This document shows positions 61,423-64,000 of a stretch of 64,000 nucleotides of DNA, one piece after another. A program made the position numbers and the translations under genes. Position 1 is the stretch's first letter; each line of letters opens with the position of its first letter. Origin of the DNA: Perkinsus chesapeaki ATCC PRA-425 (taxonomy: Eukaryota > Protista > Perkinsozoa); assembly GCA_013115145.1 (NCBI GenBank), contig JAAPAO010000023.1:62001-126000 (forward strand), given 5' to 3'. The notes under the pieces are model-generated. The model did not search any database and was not told the DNA's origin. It saw nothing but the letters and a program-made list of their open reading frames with translations.

Positions 61423-64000
61423 GCCGCCGCCGAGACAAGATTACGGGAAGAGAGAGACGGGGGGAGGGGGAAGGAGGGAGACGCTTAGTAAGTGGAAACA
61501 GTGGAACTATTCCTAGTAGTTCTCCTGACGCAAGCCCCCTACTAGAAATGGGAATCGACATCAGCCTGCAAGATGCGGCCACGGAAGGAAATACATTTAC
61601 CACAAGCTGCTGCTGTTCTGTCCTACCAGCATTGCCTGATCGCCTCAGAGCCTCTACGTCCTTATCCAGACCAGATGTCTGTTGATCGAACACATTGCAC
61701 TCATTGGCGACCTTATGCTCTAAGCCCGTGCCTATCTCATCCAGCCTCTCCAACAGCTGCCAAGGACGTCCCCATCGCGTCACGGCGTCACAACTCACTC
61801 TCCGATCCCGCTCAAGCCACAGCTTTCTCTCGCTGCCCATCCGATCGCCAAGCTCCCGTATCTCCTTCTGGAGCGCCGATGCATCCACCAGCAGCTTCGA
61901 CGGCAGCTCTCCCCGGAACTGCAGCATCCCTCGCTCGAGTGTCGTCGTGCCTGCAGAATACCACTTCCCTAGAATGCCCCCATCGGCCCCTCGCCCCCCC
62001 ACGCATCGCCAACGCCTCGACGGCCTTCGTAGCCTTCTCCAGCTTGCCGAGGACTCTACTCTGCAGTTTATCCAACATTTCATTAGCCATTTGTTCCGTC
62101 ATCTTATTAAGGGTATTAGTAGACTCAGTACGTCTACGTATCTACCACCAAAGACCAGAGACGCCCTCCTGTGACTCCAAGACAACTGCAAGGAGCATCC
62201 CCTTGTTTAACTCCTTTCCAACCAGCCCGAGGACGAGGCTGATTCATACTCACTGGCTGATAAATGAAGTCATATATTCCGAGCTAGTCAGCAATATTAT
62301 GCTTCCTACTATGAATCTATCACCGTGGCCCGACGCACCTCATCCGAGAGCGCCTTGTCCAACTGGGACACCGTCTCCGCCATATCCTCTATACGGTGGC
62401 GGTCAGATGACCTGTACATAGCAACACTTAGCAGCGGACCAAGCGCCGTGCACTCTCCCCAATGCCGCCTTTCTCAGACTTCTCAATCGATCCGACAGTT
62501 CACTTCGAAAATGCAACTAGCGGCATCCTTCCTGCCTTCGTCTTGCTGCCTCCTCCTCAATAAGTTTGTCAAATCCAATAAATCTTTCCCCGACAGACAG
62601 TAGTTTGTTCCTCAGTCTCTCTGACCTGACCTCGCTCCCCACAGGTGTAGCCGATCCTCCGCTGTCCATCTAAATTCTCCACTACAGTCACTGTGACGCT
62701 CCTTCAGCAGCTCACCTTCACCGGAGACGCCGAATAACTTCTCGAGGATTCGCCGCTAGGTGTGCCACCTACCCAAAACTGTTATTTTTGTTATCACCGC
62801 AAAGGCGTCACCATTACTAACTTTCCAAGGCGGAGTCAACGAGGCAGATGCCATATCAAGACCTACAACCCCACTAATGTCACGACTAACACAATTTCTG
62901 TCTCCCTTGAGAATAGAAACTAATAACTTAACGTTTGCTCTGTCGGGCCTCCTCCAATAGCAGCTTTGCCGGTCCAGGATTAAGTCTGTCCTCTGCCCTC
63001 ATTGACTTCATCATATTCCTTCTAACTTCTCTATCAACAGCAACATCATCTGTTACATCCACATGTGTATCCTCTGGCGCCATCGTCATTTGAAGCTCCT
63101 TATCGAGCTCCTGCATGTATCTGATCATTGATGCGTGAAAGATATGCGCAGATCTCCCCGATGCAGATAACAGCTTGGCGCCCACCCTTGAGAGATCCGA
63201 TGGAATATATTCAAAGTACACTCTTCCCTCTTAGAGCAGCCGAGCGGTCACTCTATATAAGCTCACGCCCGAGCTTCTCAAGTGCCCACCCATGGATCTC
63301 CGGCATTATAAGATCATCGACAAAAGAGATAAAGTACCACACTTCGAGTGCGGCCCTACAAACGCGCTCTCCCTAGACTCACTTTCGCATTTCAGCATCC
63401 CCAAACTCCAAGTCGTCCTCATCACCAGACTCCGACATATCATCATCCACCTCATCATCATCAAATCCCTCTCCTCGATCCTCTCCATGAGAATCTAAGC
63501 AACACCCATATCCCTCACACCCCACCATGAGCCCGTACTTTCAACCCCGAGAATGCCAGATGCCCTATTCATCAACTCGTTCAACCTGCTAGTTACATCC
63601 CGGAGCTCCTCTTGCTCCTCTGAGGTAAGTTCATCTACAAGGAAGCATTTCCTTAACGAGAATCCTCGCCATCCATCCACCTTGCCCTTTAGCTGCTTCG
63701 TTCATGGCCTCAGTCAACCAGGTGTCGCTGTCACTTGGACCATCGTACTTTGCGAAACGCTCGAACTCGACAGGCTGCCGAACGGTAAAGCAATCTTGTT
63801 CCAAGCACTGCCTACCTCTCCCTCACTAGTCTGGATAACATCCCCCAGGCCCATGCCCTCCTCAAAGTGGGCCGTGTCTTTATTATTAGCCTTTACAGCG
63901 CAGTGTGCTGCCAGAGACACTAGACGACCCAACATAACTAAAGCAAGGCAAACTCTAAAGCCCAGCGAACGCAGGCCTCTCAGCAATCTCCTACGAGGAA
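59990..64000 (-). CDS. Large multi-exon coiled-coil-rich hypothetical gene (5' end beyond the window; could be more than one gene)
   Basis: Chain of minus-strand exons with heptad character (EEQEELRDVTSRLNELM, RYMQELDKELQ, EMLDKLQSRVLGKLEK, LQKEIRELGDRM, RVFEEQERRLERLLRERR) separated by short GT-AG introns. Confidence 0.6.
61391..61422. repeat. (CAA)n microsatellite (intronic)
   Basis: About 10 CAA units. Confidence 0.9.

Overview
Gene-dense, intron-rich eukaryotic DNA from an alveolate. Two alveolin genes, many ~40-60 nt GT-AG introns and type III glutamine synthetases point to a Perkinsus-like perkinsozoan (taxon is inference). Most short track ORFs are exon fragments or antisense shadows. 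Stitching exons by hand gives about 22 protein genes: a TPR protein, WDR89-like, two large intron-poor orphan genes, four clustered P/U-type (Pho80-like) cyclins, a ZSWIM2-like E3, two alveolins, U2AF65-like, a choline/ethanolamine kinase, YIF1, CCT7, PRP38B-like, a peroxisomal-type carrier, two GSIII paralogues around RPL36, and several hypotheticals. There is also a tRNA-Pro(AGG). Signals the ORF track does not show: (1) a four-member snoRNA cluster behind RPL36 (2 box C/D and 2 H/ACA, with LSU rRNA complementarity); (2) a recurrent intronic 11-14 nt motif CTTCGCTCCGC(TA)/GCGGAGCGAAG at splice-donor or branch-point positions in unrelated genes, suggestive of an intron-forming element; (3) GSIII paralogues with 3 vs 9 introns and only one shared; (4) a ~900-codon frame broken by a single TGA; (5) fold-back and inverted-repeat inserts in long introns. 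Exon boundaries are manual and approximate; no database searches were run.
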